A stretch of 64,000 nucleotides of DNA from an uncultured Desulfurococcaceae archaeon (GTDB lineage Archaea; Thermoproteota; Thermoprotei_A; Sulfolobales; NBVN01), in assembly GCA_964641155.1 (NCBI GenBank), contig CAZXJO010000006.1, forward strand, positions 38,393-102,392. Direction: 5' to 3'. The first letter of the stretch is position 1. Each line of letters starts with the position of its first letter. The position numbers and the translations under genes were made by a program. The notes under the pieces are model-generated. The model saw only the letters and a list, made by a program, of their open reading frames with translations, was not told the origin of the DNA and did not search any database. Of this stretch, positions 34,348 through 42,910 are shown in pieces.

Positions 34348-35094
34348 TTGGTAGAGCTTACTCCTTCAGAAATTGAACGGTATGATAGGCAGGTAAGGCT
34401 CTTCGGGATTGAAGGACAGCTTAAGCTGAAGAACTCCAAGGTCTTAGTCGTGGGTGTTGGGGGACTGGGAAGCCCACTCTCACTATACCTAACCGCGGCC
34501 GGGGTCGGTAAGCTAATACTCGTGGACTCCGAAAACGTGGAATTAAGCAATTTGAACAGGCAGGTAATCCACTGGAGCGATGACGTAGGTACCCCGAAGG
34601 TCCTTTCAGCCGTTAGGAAGTTAAGGGCTCTAAACCCGGAGGTAGAGGTGGAGGGGATTAAAGCATATGCAGATGAGGAACTGCTGGAAATGTTAGTAGG
34701 TGAGGTCGACTTAGTACTCGACGGCCTGGACAACTGGGACAGTAGGTTCCTCGTGAACAAGGTCTGCGTAGAGCATGGGAAACCATTCATACATGGGGGC
34801 ATAATGGGGCTCTACGGCCAGTTACTCGTGGTCGTCCCAGGAAAGACGCCATGCCTACAATGCCTCATACCTAAGAAGCCGCCGGAGGTGAGGCCCCTCC
34901 CGGTGCTGGGCCCGACGCCGGGAGTTATAGCAGCACTCCAAGTAACTGAGGCCATCAAGCTAATAACCGGTTACGGGAACCCGTCCCTGGGGAAGCTAAT
35001 AGTCTACGACGGTTACTCCATGAGCTTTACAGAGCTTAAGGTCTCTAGAAGGAGTGACTGCCCAATATGCGGGAAACCGCCGCAGACGACCTAA
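34348..35094 (+). CDS. ThiF/MoeB/UbaA-family E1-like adenylyltransferase
   Basis: RYDRQVRLFGIEGQ, VLVVGVGGLGSP and NLNRQ, plus the C-terminal zinc motifs CLQC...CPIC. Confidence 0.85.
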   Translation: MVELTPSEIERYDRQVRLFGIEGQLKLKNSKVLVVGVGGLGSPLSLYLTAAGVGKLILVDSENVELSNLNRQVIHWSDDVGTPKVLSAVRKLRALNPEVEVEGIKAYADEELLEMLVGEVDLVLDGLDNWDSRFLVNKVCVEHGKPFIHGGIMGLYGQLLVVVPGKTPCLQCLIPKKPPEVRPLPVLGPTPGVIAALQVTEAIKLITGYGNPSLGKLIVYDGYSMSFTELKVSRRSDCPICGKPPQTT

Positions 35095-35168
35095 CACCGC
35101 CATCCTTCAGGACGTGGTCCTCGGGCAAACCCACCCTCACCCCTTTTAACTAGACGTTCGAGTATAAG

Positions 35169-36509
35169 TTGGTGGTTGATATCCTCAAGTACACGGAGAA
35201 AGCTGTTAAGGTCTTCCTGAATACCGGCACACGCTTCCCTAGGAAGGTTTTATGGGCTATGGGACTGGTTAAGTATTCCGCTGCTAAGGCTAATGTAGAA
35301 TTAGGCCTCCTCGACCCGTCCATAGGGGAGGCGATCTGTAGGGCGTCGTTGGAGTTAGCCGAAGGACTGCACGACGATAAGGTCGTCGTAGACGTGTTCC
35401 AGACAGGTTCCGCCACAGGGTTGAACATGAACGTAAATGAGGTCATAGCTCTGAGGGCCTCCGAGATAAGCGGGCGTGATGTCCACCCCAACGACCACGT
35501 CAACATGTGCCAATCAACTAATGACGTGGTCACATCAGCCATTAGGATTGCTGCCCTATCCGATGTTAGGGACAACCTCGAGCCAGCGCTGAAGGAATTC
35601 ATGCAGGCGTTGGAGGAACTGGTAGGTAGGGCCGAACATGTCGTGAAACCCGGCAGGACGCACCTAAGGGACGCTATGCCGGTAACCATGGGCTTGGAGT
35701 TTAAGGCGTTCTTAGACGCGTTCAAACACGACCTAACGATGATTAAGAAAGTTGAGGACTACATCAGGGAAATACCGCTGGGTGGTACGGCCGTCGGCAC
35801 CGGAATCAACTCACATCCGGAGTTCCCGAAGCTAGCTTTAGAGCAATTGAGGAGTAAGACCAACCTCGACCTAAGGCTGAGTGAGGTTAAGAGTAGGGGT
35901 ATGAGGTTGTTAAGCGACCTAGTAGCACTCAGCGGTTCCTTGAGGGTGTTATCGCTGGACATGCTGAGGCTATGCCAGGACTTAAGGCTCATGTACTCAG
36001 GCCCGAACACGGGCATTAACGAAATAGACATACCGCAGGAAATCCCCGGAAGCAGTATAATGCCTGGGAAGGAGAACCCGGTAACGGTTGAGGCCGCAAT
36101 GCTGGCAGCTGCCCAAGTAATAGGCCTGGACCACTCCAACACGGTGGCCGGTATGTTGGGGGAGTTCGAATTAAGTATGGGTATACCCCTCATAACGTAC
36201 AACATACACACCCAGATAGCCTTACTTAGCGAAGCCCTCAGGAAGTTAAGCACCCACGTTATTAGGAGGGTAATACCTAACTCGGACAGAGCCCGTGAAT
36301 TAGCTGAACGTAGTCAGGCCTTGATAACAGCGATAACACCCCTAATAGGATATGATAAGGCAGTAGCGCTTGCGAAGGGCTTGAAGGAGGGGAGGAGGTT
36401 GGGAGACATACTTAAGGAGTTAGGTCTCAGCGATGAGGAAATAGCCCGACTCACAGACCTTAACTCGTTGGTTAAGCCAGGCATACTGGTCAGGAAAGGG
36501 ACTACCTAA
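35169..36509 (+). CDS. Class II fumarate hydratase / aspartate ammonia-lyase family enzyme
   Basis: The lyase_1 signature GSSIMPGKENP, TGSATGLNMNVNEV and THLRDAMP. TTG/GTG start, with a shorter N-terminus than typical FumC. Confidence 0.85.
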   Translation: MVVDILKYTEKAVKVFLNTGTRFPRKVLWAMGLVKYSAAKANVELGLLDPSIGEAICRASLELAEGLHDDKVVVDVFQTGSATGLNMNVNEVIALRASEISGRDVHPNDHVNMCQSTNDVVTSAIRIAALSDVRDNLEPALKEFMQALEELVGRAEHVVKPGRTHLRDAMPVTMGLEFKAFLDAFKHDLTMIKKVEDYIREIPLGGTAVGTGINSHPEFPKLALEQLRSKTNLDLRLSEVKSRGMRLLSDLVALSGSLRVLSLDMLRLCQDLRLMYSGPNTGINEIDIPQEIPGSSIMPGKENPVTVEAAMLAAAQVIGLDHSNTVAGMLGEFELSMGIPLITYNIHTQIALLSEALRKLSTHVIRRVIPNSDRARELAERSQALITAITPLIGYDKAVALAKGLKEGRRLGDILKELGLSDEEIARLTDLNSLVKPGILVRKGTT

Positions 36510-36528
36510 GTGGGTCTGGGGAATTAGG

Positions 36529-37179
36529 TCATCTTTTCTTAACCAACTTACCGTAGAGGGAGTTAATTAATTTGTGAGCCTCCCTCACAACACCTTCCTT
36601 TGCCTCAACCAACACGTAGATAAGGTTCTTAGACTTAAACACGGAGAGCTGCATAACGTTGAGACCGTAACTCCCTAACTCATCTAAAACTAAGTCAAGG
36701 ACCTCATCATCGTAGTAGTACGCGACGTAATGATTACCGAGTACTTCAACTGTCTTACTCTTCATCCTATCTATGTCATGGACATCGCTCCTCAACCTCA
36801 TCCCCAACCTCTTACTGCCGTACCTCACTAAGTGAAACTCCCTTAGGACACCTTCCCTGAACTCAACAGCAATTCCTAACATGTCCTTCCTCGACATCGC
36901 CTTAGCTATGGGGTAGTAGAGGAGTGAATGCCTAGGTACAGTGGTTAGAGTGACATACGCGTTCAATGCCTTCGAGTACCTGCCCAACTTATACTTGGCC
37001 TTAAAACCTATCAAATATCCAAGTAGTTCGTAGACCTTATCAACAGGCTTAAAAACATCTTCAAGCTCGTCAATGATAGCCTTAATGAACCTAATCATCT
37101 CTTTACGCTTCCTAAAATACCATATTACCATGGCCACAGCTAACGAACTTATGAGAACCAACATCAGGTAGTCTAACAT
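36529..37179 (-). CDS. Hypothetical membrane-anchored protein
   Basis: 216-aa ORF with a single N-terminal TM helix (LMLVLISSLAVAMVIWYF) followed by a soluble domain. No family recognised. Confidence 0.4.
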   Translation of the reverse strand: MLDYLMLVLISSLAVAMVIWYFRKRKEMIRFIKAIIDELEDVFKPVDKVYELLGYLIGFKAKYKLGRYSKALNAYVTLTTVPRHSLLYYPIAKAMSRKDMLGIAVEFREGVLREFHLVRYGSKRLGMRLRSDVHDIDRMKSKTVEVLGNHYVAYYYDDEVLDLVLDELGSYGLNVMQLSVFKSKNLIYVLVEAKEGVVREAHKLINSLYGKLVKKR

Positions 37180-37242
37180 CGCATCCCATCCATCATATGA
37201 GTTGTGAACACCGGGGTAAAAAATGATTGATTAGCGCGCTCA

Positions 37243-37563
37243 ATGAAAGACCTCCCCAAACGTCGGATAAGTAAAAGTTATAAAGCTCATATCAACCTCT
37301 TATTAAGGAAGGTGAACTTAGTGAGTACAAAGGAACTCGCTGGAATATTCTTAACCGCCTTAGGGTTGGTGTTCTACCTCTACGCGATCGTTGACGGAAG
37401 CATGAAAGGTGCCATCGGCGTTAAAGGTAGTGTCGAGATCTCAGCGGTGTTAATAGCTATAGGGATGCTCGCAATACTTATAGGTCCCGCACTATGGCTC
37501 GGGGAGGTCCCAGTGGCCATTAAGAAGTTCATAGAGGCTAAAACCGGGAAGAAGCTTAGCTAG
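37243..37563 (+). CDS. Small two-TM membrane protein upstream of cstA (start uncertain)
   Basis: 106-aa ORF ending 9 nt before cstA. Contains two hydrophobic helices. Confidence 0.35.
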   Translation: MKDLPKRRISKSYKAHINLLLRKVNLVSTKELAGIFLTALGLVFYLYAIVDGSMKGAIGVKGSVEISAVLIAIGMLAILIGPALWLGEVPVAIKKFIEAKTGKKLS

Positions 37564-37572
37564 GTGACCTAA

Positions 37573-39375
37573 ATGATCACACTACTAATATTAATAGTGG
37601 TCGCCGCAATTTACATCGCTGCTTACCACTTCTACGGTAAGAAACTGCTTGAGCAGAGGGTCGTTAAAGCAGATCCGAAGAGGGTTACACCAGCCATTGA
37701 GAAGTTCGACGGTGTTGACTACGTACCGGCTAACAAGTACGTCCTCTACGGGCACCACTTCGCATCCATAGCTGGTTCCGGACCTATAGTAGGGCCCGCA
37801 ACAGCTATGGTTTTCGGTTGGTTCATGCCCCTGATCTGGGTCTTGTTCGGGAACGTCTTCATCGGTGCAGTGCACGACTACCTCGCAATAATGGCTAGTG
37901 TAAGGCACGGCGGCCTTTCAATTATGACGATCTCCGAGAACGTCATGGGTAGGAAGGCCAGATACGTCTCCGTCATTTACGTATGGATGGCCCTCGTACT
38001 GGTGCTCGCAGCATTCTTCAGCGTTGCTGCAAGCACTTTCGTAGCAGTCCCTCAAACAGCACTCATAACGTTCCTCTACATGCCGATATCGCTTCTCTTC
38101 GGTATGTTGGTCTACAAGTACGGGGTCGACATAAGACTTGCCACTGTGATCTCCTTAGTCCTAGTAGCTCTTTCATTCTGGATCTCCTTCTACCTCCCAG
38201 TATACCTAACTTATGAGGCCTGGGTACTTGTCCTAGCTGGTTATTCCTTCGTAGCTGCGGCACTGCCAGTGTGGTACCTGCTACAGCCCAGGGATTACTT
38301 GAACGCCTACCTCCTATGGGCGTTCGTAGCCTTCGCATTCTTAGGAACGATTTTAGTTGCTGGGTTACCTTTCACCGGACCCATGTACACGGACTTCGCC
38401 CAACCTGCGAGTATTCTAGGGGCTATGGGTGACTTAGGTAAGGTCAGAGTTGCATACTTCTGGCCAGTGATACCCCTGATAATTGCGTGCGGTGCCCTAT
38501 CAGGCTTCCACTCATTAGTCGGTTCAGGAACGACATCCAAGCAATTATCAAACGAATTAGACGCGACCCTAGTTGGGTACGGAGGGATGTTAACGGAAGG
38601 CGCGGTATCATCGTTAGCTGTTATAACTCCCATAGCATTTGCTTGGGACTTCGCGCAATTAGGAGCCATTCTCAATTACCCCGTACAAAGCGTATTAGCT
38701 AAAATAGGTGTTACGGCACCAACGATAATCGGATTAGCGGCAGCCGACAGGTTCTACAACGGCTACGCATTGCTCCAAGCAACGGGCTGGTCAAGGATTT
38801 TCGGTCTAGAAGCGTTTGAATCAACCTTCATAGGGTTCAGGGTGTTCGCAGCAACCGCGCTCACGGCATTCATAGTGACTTCGTTAGACACTTCGAACAG
38901 ATTGGCAAGATTTGCTTGGCAAGAACTCTTCGGATGGATTAAAATATCGCCAGGCACTAAGAAAGTCCTAACTAACAGGTGGGTTGCGTCATTAGTCGGT
39001 GTCATCATAGGCGTTACGTTAGCATATCCGCAGATATACGTACCTGAGTTGAAGAGGTACTTGCCTGCCTACAACATTATATGGCCGGCATTCTCAGGGC
39101 TTAACCAACTCCTAGCAGCCCTCATGTTGATGACTGCATCATTATGGGTGTACGCGGTCCTCAAGGTTAGAGGTAACGTAACCCTACTAACCATGATCCC
39201 AGCCCTGTTCCTATGGGTCACGGTAACCTTGGCGTTATTCGTGTGGATATTCTTCGTGATGCCCTCACTGCCAGCACTGTACATATCCCTCGCAGGTTCC
39301 TTCATAATAATTGCTCAGATACTGAACTTCCTGCTACTAATATTCTTCATTCTAGGTATGAGGAGGGCCAAGTAA
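37573..39375 (+). CDS. cstA: Carbon starvation protein CstA family transporter
   Basis: DYVPANKYVLYGHHFASIAGSGPIVGP is the CstA N-terminal signature. 600-aa polytopic protein. Confidence 0.9.
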   Translation: MITLLILIVVAAIYIAAYHFYGKKLLEQRVVKADPKRVTPAIEKFDGVDYVPANKYVLYGHHFASIAGSGPIVGPATAMVFGWFMPLIWVLFGNVFIGAVHDYLAIMASVRHGGLSIMTISENVMGRKARYVSVIYVWMALVLVLAAFFSVAASTFVAVPQTALITFLYMPISLLFGMLVYKYGVDIRLATVISLVLVALSFWISFYLPVYLTYEAWVLVLAGYSFVAAALPVWYLLQPRDYLNAYLLWAFVAFAFLGTILVAGLPFTGPMYTDFAQPASILGAMGDLGKVRVAYFWPVIPLIIACGALSGFHSLVGSGTTSKQLSNELDATLVGYGGMLTEGAVSSLAVITPIAFAWDFAQLGAILNYPVQSVLAKIGVTAPTIIGLAAADRFYNGYALLQATGWSRIFGLEAFESTFIGFRVFAATALTAFIVTSLDTSNRLARFAWQELFGWIKISPGTKKVLTNRWVASLVGVIIGVTLAYPQIYVPELKRYLPAYNIIWPAFSGLNQLLAALMLMTASLWVYAVLKVRGNVTLLTMIPALFLWVTVTLALFVWIFFVMPSLPALYISLAGSFIIIAQILNFLLLIFFILGMRRAK

Positions 39376-39411
39376 AACCTAAAACATTTTTCCTTAATTT
39401 CGAGTAATAAC

Positions 39412-39729
39412 ATGGCTAATCACTTGAAGTTAAGTATAATCCGAATGTTAGCTGATGTGATTAGGGAGTTAGCCAGTTTCATTAAGGGAATTCATAGAGC
39501 TACCTTAGAGAGCAGCACAACCGCATTGGAAGCTGAGTGCGTCGAGTTGGAGACCGCCTTACTTTACATAGTTCTAGGGTCTTTAGTTGGGGTCCTACCA
39601 CTGCCGACTACACTGGCGTTAGAACTAATGCCTTACCTGAGGAACGAGTTCAAGTTGTTGGAATCGAGGAGCGTTAGGGGTGCGGACGTGATAAGCGATC
39701 TGATGGCATCACTTGGAGGTGAGTGGTAA
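39412..39729 (+). CDS. Hypothetical protein overlapping the ArsA-like gene start
   Basis: 105-aa ORF with one central hydrophobic segment. It overlaps the downstream ATPase gene by 7 nt, indicating coupling. Confidence 0.35.
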   Translation: MANHLKLSIIRMLADVIRELASFIKGIHRATLESSTTALEAECVELETALLYIVLGSLVGVLPLPTTLALELMPYLRNEFKLLESRSVRGADVISDLMASLGGEW

Positions 39730-40634
39730 CAATTAAGCACGCAGTAATAACCATCGGTAAGGGAGGGGTTGGTAAGACCACAATATCAATACTGATATCA
39801 CTCATTCTACGCGATTCAGGCAAAACACTCCTATACAGTTTAGACCCAGCCAAACACCTAATCAAGTACTTAGGTATTAAGGAACCTATGAAGCACTACG
39901 AAGTTAGGGATAACCTAACGGCCTACCAACTAGATATTAACTTAGCGTTGAACGCTACGTTAGACAGATACGTGGAACTAATCAAGGACATATCCCCGTC
40001 GCTCTCAGTACTAAACCTGGAAGACGTCGCCAACACTATCAAGTACTCACCGGGTGTGGAGGAGGAAGTCCTCATGAAGGAGCTTCATAAAGCGTTAAAC
40101 CAGGAGGAGTACGAATACGTAGTTATCGACACACCTCCTACGGGCATAACCTTAAGAACTTTGATAATGCCTAAACTCTACAAGTTATGGATTGATAAGT
40201 TGATAGAGGTTAGGGAGAGGATCCTCTCGCTTAGGTACGCAATAGCTAGGACCTTAGGGAGGGAATTTAAGGTTAAGGATCCCGTCCTCGAAAAGCTTTA
40301 TGAAATGCGTGAGACCTACAGCTCTTTATGGGATTTGCTTAGAGGCGGGAACACGTCATTTGTCTTAGTAGCCAACCCCGAGAAAATGCCGCTGCTGGAG
40401 GTCATGGACGTCATCAAATTCCTTGAGACCGAGTTAGGGGTGAAGCCTAAATTACTGGTTATGAACAAGTACGAGGACTCACCAGAATCTGCTGAGGTTA
40501 TGGAGGAATTCAAGCGACTTCCGTACAATAAGGTGGTAGTGCCTAGGGTCAGTAAACCCCCTGCAGAACTTAACGACGTGATCGGCCTCCTAAGGCTGGT
40601 TGACGTAGAAAACGTTTTAAAGTCTTTGAAGTGA
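39723..40634 (+). CDS. ArsA/Get3-family P-loop ATPase (single domain)
   Basis: Deviant Walker A ITIGKGGVGKTT and the DTPPTG switch motif. 303 aa. Confidence 0.8.
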   Translation: MVTIKHAVITIGKGGVGKTTISILISLILRDSGKTLLYSLDPAKHLIKYLGIKEPMKHYEVRDNLTAYQLDINLALNATLDRYVELIKDISPSLSVLNLEDVANTIKYSPGVEEEVLMKELHKALNQEEYEYVVIDTPPTGITLRTLIMPKLYKLWIDKLIEVRERILSLRYAIARTLGREFKVKDPVLEKLYEMRETYSSLWDLLRGGNTSFVLVANPEKMPLLEVMDVIKFLETELGVKPKLLVMNKYEDSPESAEVMEEFKRLPYNKVVVPRVSKPPAELNDVIGLLRLVDVENVLKSLK

Positions 40635-40749
40635 CGTGAGTGAGGCGTCTACAAGCCTCATTAATCACCCTAGCTGGCTTCTCTATAAACTCGGGATTCA
40701 GCCCCTGCCTAACTCCTTAAAAACTTAGGGCCTCACAAACCATTAATCA

Positions 40750-41901
40750 GTGTTGGAAGTGTGGCTGATAACTACCCTACTGGCAGTAGGTCTACTCCAA
40801 TTCCTCGACACCGGCCTCTACACATACTTAGCTTACAACCTCAGCGTAGGTGGTTCTTACCTCGGTGCAGCGTCGGCTGTGTGGAGCTTAATATACATAG
40901 TGTCGAACAGGTTTTTCAGTAGGTTCGCGGATGACGGCAGGAATAAGATGTTACTCTTAATATCCTCCGCAGCTCTCTCACTCATGTACGTTCTCTGCAA
41001 TGACGTAAACGAGGTGAGCGGACTTGTAATGTATTCATTACATGCGTTCGCTATAGCTGTCGTAAACCTATCTCTATCCGTAACCATCCTCGAAACTTAC
41101 GACTACACCAACTGGAACGGTGTCAACGCGTTCAGTAGGGTTATCACGAACTTGGTCAGGGGTTCCTCATTCTTAGTCGTTGCATTAAGCTTTGCAAGCG
41201 TCCCTACCTTCTTAATCCTTGCAACAGCCCTAACCTCCATATCAATGATACTCATACCGGGAATAGGCTTAAACATAGAACGCACGTTGTTCAAAATTAA
41301 TAAGGACCTCCGATACGTGGGTAAGTACATTAAAGCATCAACGGCCTTACTCTACATTCATAAACCCAGGGAGGCCCTCGAATACTTTGAAAGGGTTTGG
41401 AGTAGTTCCAACGAACTGAAGCCATGGAGGGTTATCACATCCACAGTCCTCTACGCCATGTTCGGCGACCTGGTTTTAGTGGTATTACCGCTGATCTTGA
41501 AGGGCTATGTGGGGTTAAGCAGCCTATGGCTGTCTTGGGGTATCGCCCTCCTATCGGCATCTTTCATAGTCGTTCCCGTAATCACGAGGTTCGCACCCAG
41601 TTCCGAAAGCATAAACCCCCGACTAATAGGTTCCTTCATATCGTTGAGGGGTCTCACATTGGCTTTACTACTCCCCTACGTATCCAGCGAGTTTAGCCTG
41701 TCCATCTACTTATTACTCGTCGTGGTCACTACATCTATTTCCGACTCCTACCTATACAACAAGTTCGTAGAGGTCAGCTCCGGGTACTCCATATCAAAAT
41801 ACTACATTGCGAGGGAGGTCGGATCGATAATTGGCTCAATTGCTGGGGGACTCGTAACCGTTGCCTTAGCCATCAGCTCGGCTGCTCTAATGATTTTTTA
41901 A
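40750..41901 (+). CDS. MFS-like polytopic membrane protein
   Basis: 383 aa, about 10-12 TM. The RFADDGRNK loop after TM2 is MFS-like. Confidence 0.55.
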   Translation: MLEVWLITTLLAVGLLQFLDTGLYTYLAYNLSVGGSYLGAASAVWSLIYIVSNRFFSRFADDGRNKMLLLISSAALSLMYVLCNDVNEVSGLVMYSLHAFAIAVVNLSLSVTILETYDYTNWNGVNAFSRVITNLVRGSSFLVVALSFASVPTFLILATALTSISMILIPGIGLNIERTLFKINKDLRYVGKYIKASTALLYIHKPREALEYFERVWSSSNELKPWRVITSTVLYAMFGDLVLVVLPLILKGYVGLSSLWLSWGIALLSASFIVVPVITRFAPSSESINPRLIGSFISLRGLTLALLLPYVSSEFSLSIYLLLVVVTTSISDSYLYNKFVEVSSGYSISKYYIAREVGSIIGSIAGGLVTVALAISSAALMIF

Positions 41902-41912
41902 ATGGTTTATAA

Positions 41913-41931
41913 ACTTAGACATATCTAAATT
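41913..41931. promoter_or_regulatory. DtxR-type operator-like imperfect palindrome upstream of dtxR-feoA
   Basis: ACTTAGACATATCTAAATT shares the TTAGAC...TCTAAATT core with the perfect palindrome at 42876-42897. It lies 14 nt upstream of the dtxR start. Confidence 0.5.
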
Positions 41932-41944
41932 TTATGGTGACGGG

Positions 41945-42601
41945 ATGAGTTTAAGGGTAGCTGCGACGGGGTTCGATGACTACTTAACAACTATTTACAG
42001 GTTGTTAGAAGTTTATGGCCAAGCTAAAACCACCTTAATATCCAAGGAGCTAGGCATAAGGCCCGCCACGGTCTCTAAGATCCTGAAGTACTTGGAGAAT
42101 AAGGGACTTGTGAGGAGGATGAGGTATAGGGGCGTATCCTTAACGGATAGGGGTATGGAGCTGGCAAAATATATTGTGAGGAAACATAGGATAGCTGAAG
42201 TGTTCCTAAGCGAGTTCTTAGGTTTCGACCTCTACCAATCCCATCTACACGCTCATAAATTCGAACACTTACCTGATGAGGTTATTGAGAGGATATACGT
42301 TAAGTTCGGGAACCCCGAACTATGCCCGCACGGGAACTCGATAAAATCTATTGACGGTGCGCCATCCTCAGTGGGTGTGAAGCTAACCCAGATTGAGGAA
42401 GGGGTTGAGGCGGAGGTAATAAGGATAGCTGGCGAACTCGCCGAAGTGTTGAAAGTAGTGGTGCGTTTAGGTATGAAGATCAACTCCAAGGTCAGGGTTA
42501 TCAGGCGGGAGGTCCCTTACATACGGGTCGAGATTCTCGGTAAGAACGTTCATGAGATCCCTAGGGACGTGGCTGAAGCCATCATATGTAAGGTGGGTTA
42601 G
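41945..42601 (+). CDS. DtxR/MntR-family metal-dependent repressor with C-terminal FeoA/SH3-like domain
   Basis: DDYLTTIYRL...ISKELGIRPATVSKILKYLENKGLV...RKHRIAEVFL...HAHKFEH...CPHG are the HTH and metal-site motifs. Confidence 0.85.
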   Translation: MSLRVAATGFDDYLTTIYRLLEVYGQAKTTLISKELGIRPATVSKILKYLENKGLVRRMRYRGVSLTDRGMELAKYIVRKHRIAEVFLSEFLGFDLYQSHLHAHKFEHLPDEVIERIYVKFGNPELCPHGNSIKSIDGAPSSVGVKLTQIEEGVEAEVIRIAGELAEVLKVVVRLGMKINSKVRVIRREVPYIRVEILGKNVHEIPRDVAEAIICKVG

Positions 42602-42829
42602 TTGGTCAAGACATTGATAAACGCTTCGAAGGGGTCCAAGGTTAAGGTAGTTGACGTGGTTGCAGGGACAGGACTTAAGAACAGGTTAATGCAGATGGGT
42701 TTAACGCCCGGTACTGTCGTGGAGGTCGTGGAGAATTCTAGGGGCCCCATCATAGTTTCAGTTAAGGGTGTCACGTTAGCGTTAGGTAGGGGTATGGCTA
42801 GCAAGATAGTGGTAGAGGATATGGCCTGA
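42602..42829 (+). CDS. feoA: FeoA
   Basis: 75-aa SH3-like protein: VKVVDV...GLKNRLMQMGLTPGTVVEVVEN...GPIIVSVKGVTLALGRGMA. Confidence 0.8.
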   Translation: MVKTLINASKGSKVKVVDVVAGTGLKNRLMQMGLTPGTVVEVVENSRGPIIVSVKGVTLALGRGMASKIVVEDMA

Positions 42830-42875
42830 TAGAGGGTGGGTCATAGCCTCTGGAGGGCTCGCTAACTACGTTTTT

Positions 42876-42897
42876 AAATTTAGACTTGTCTAAATTT
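42876..42897. promoter_or_regulatory. Perfect 22-bp palindrome (DtxR-type operator) overlapping the feoB promoter
   Basis: AAATTTAGAC-TT-GTCTAAATTT has 10-bp perfect arms and ends 13 nt upstream of the feoB ATG. Confidence 0.6.
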
Positions 42898-42910
42898 ATT
42901 GGGTATACGA

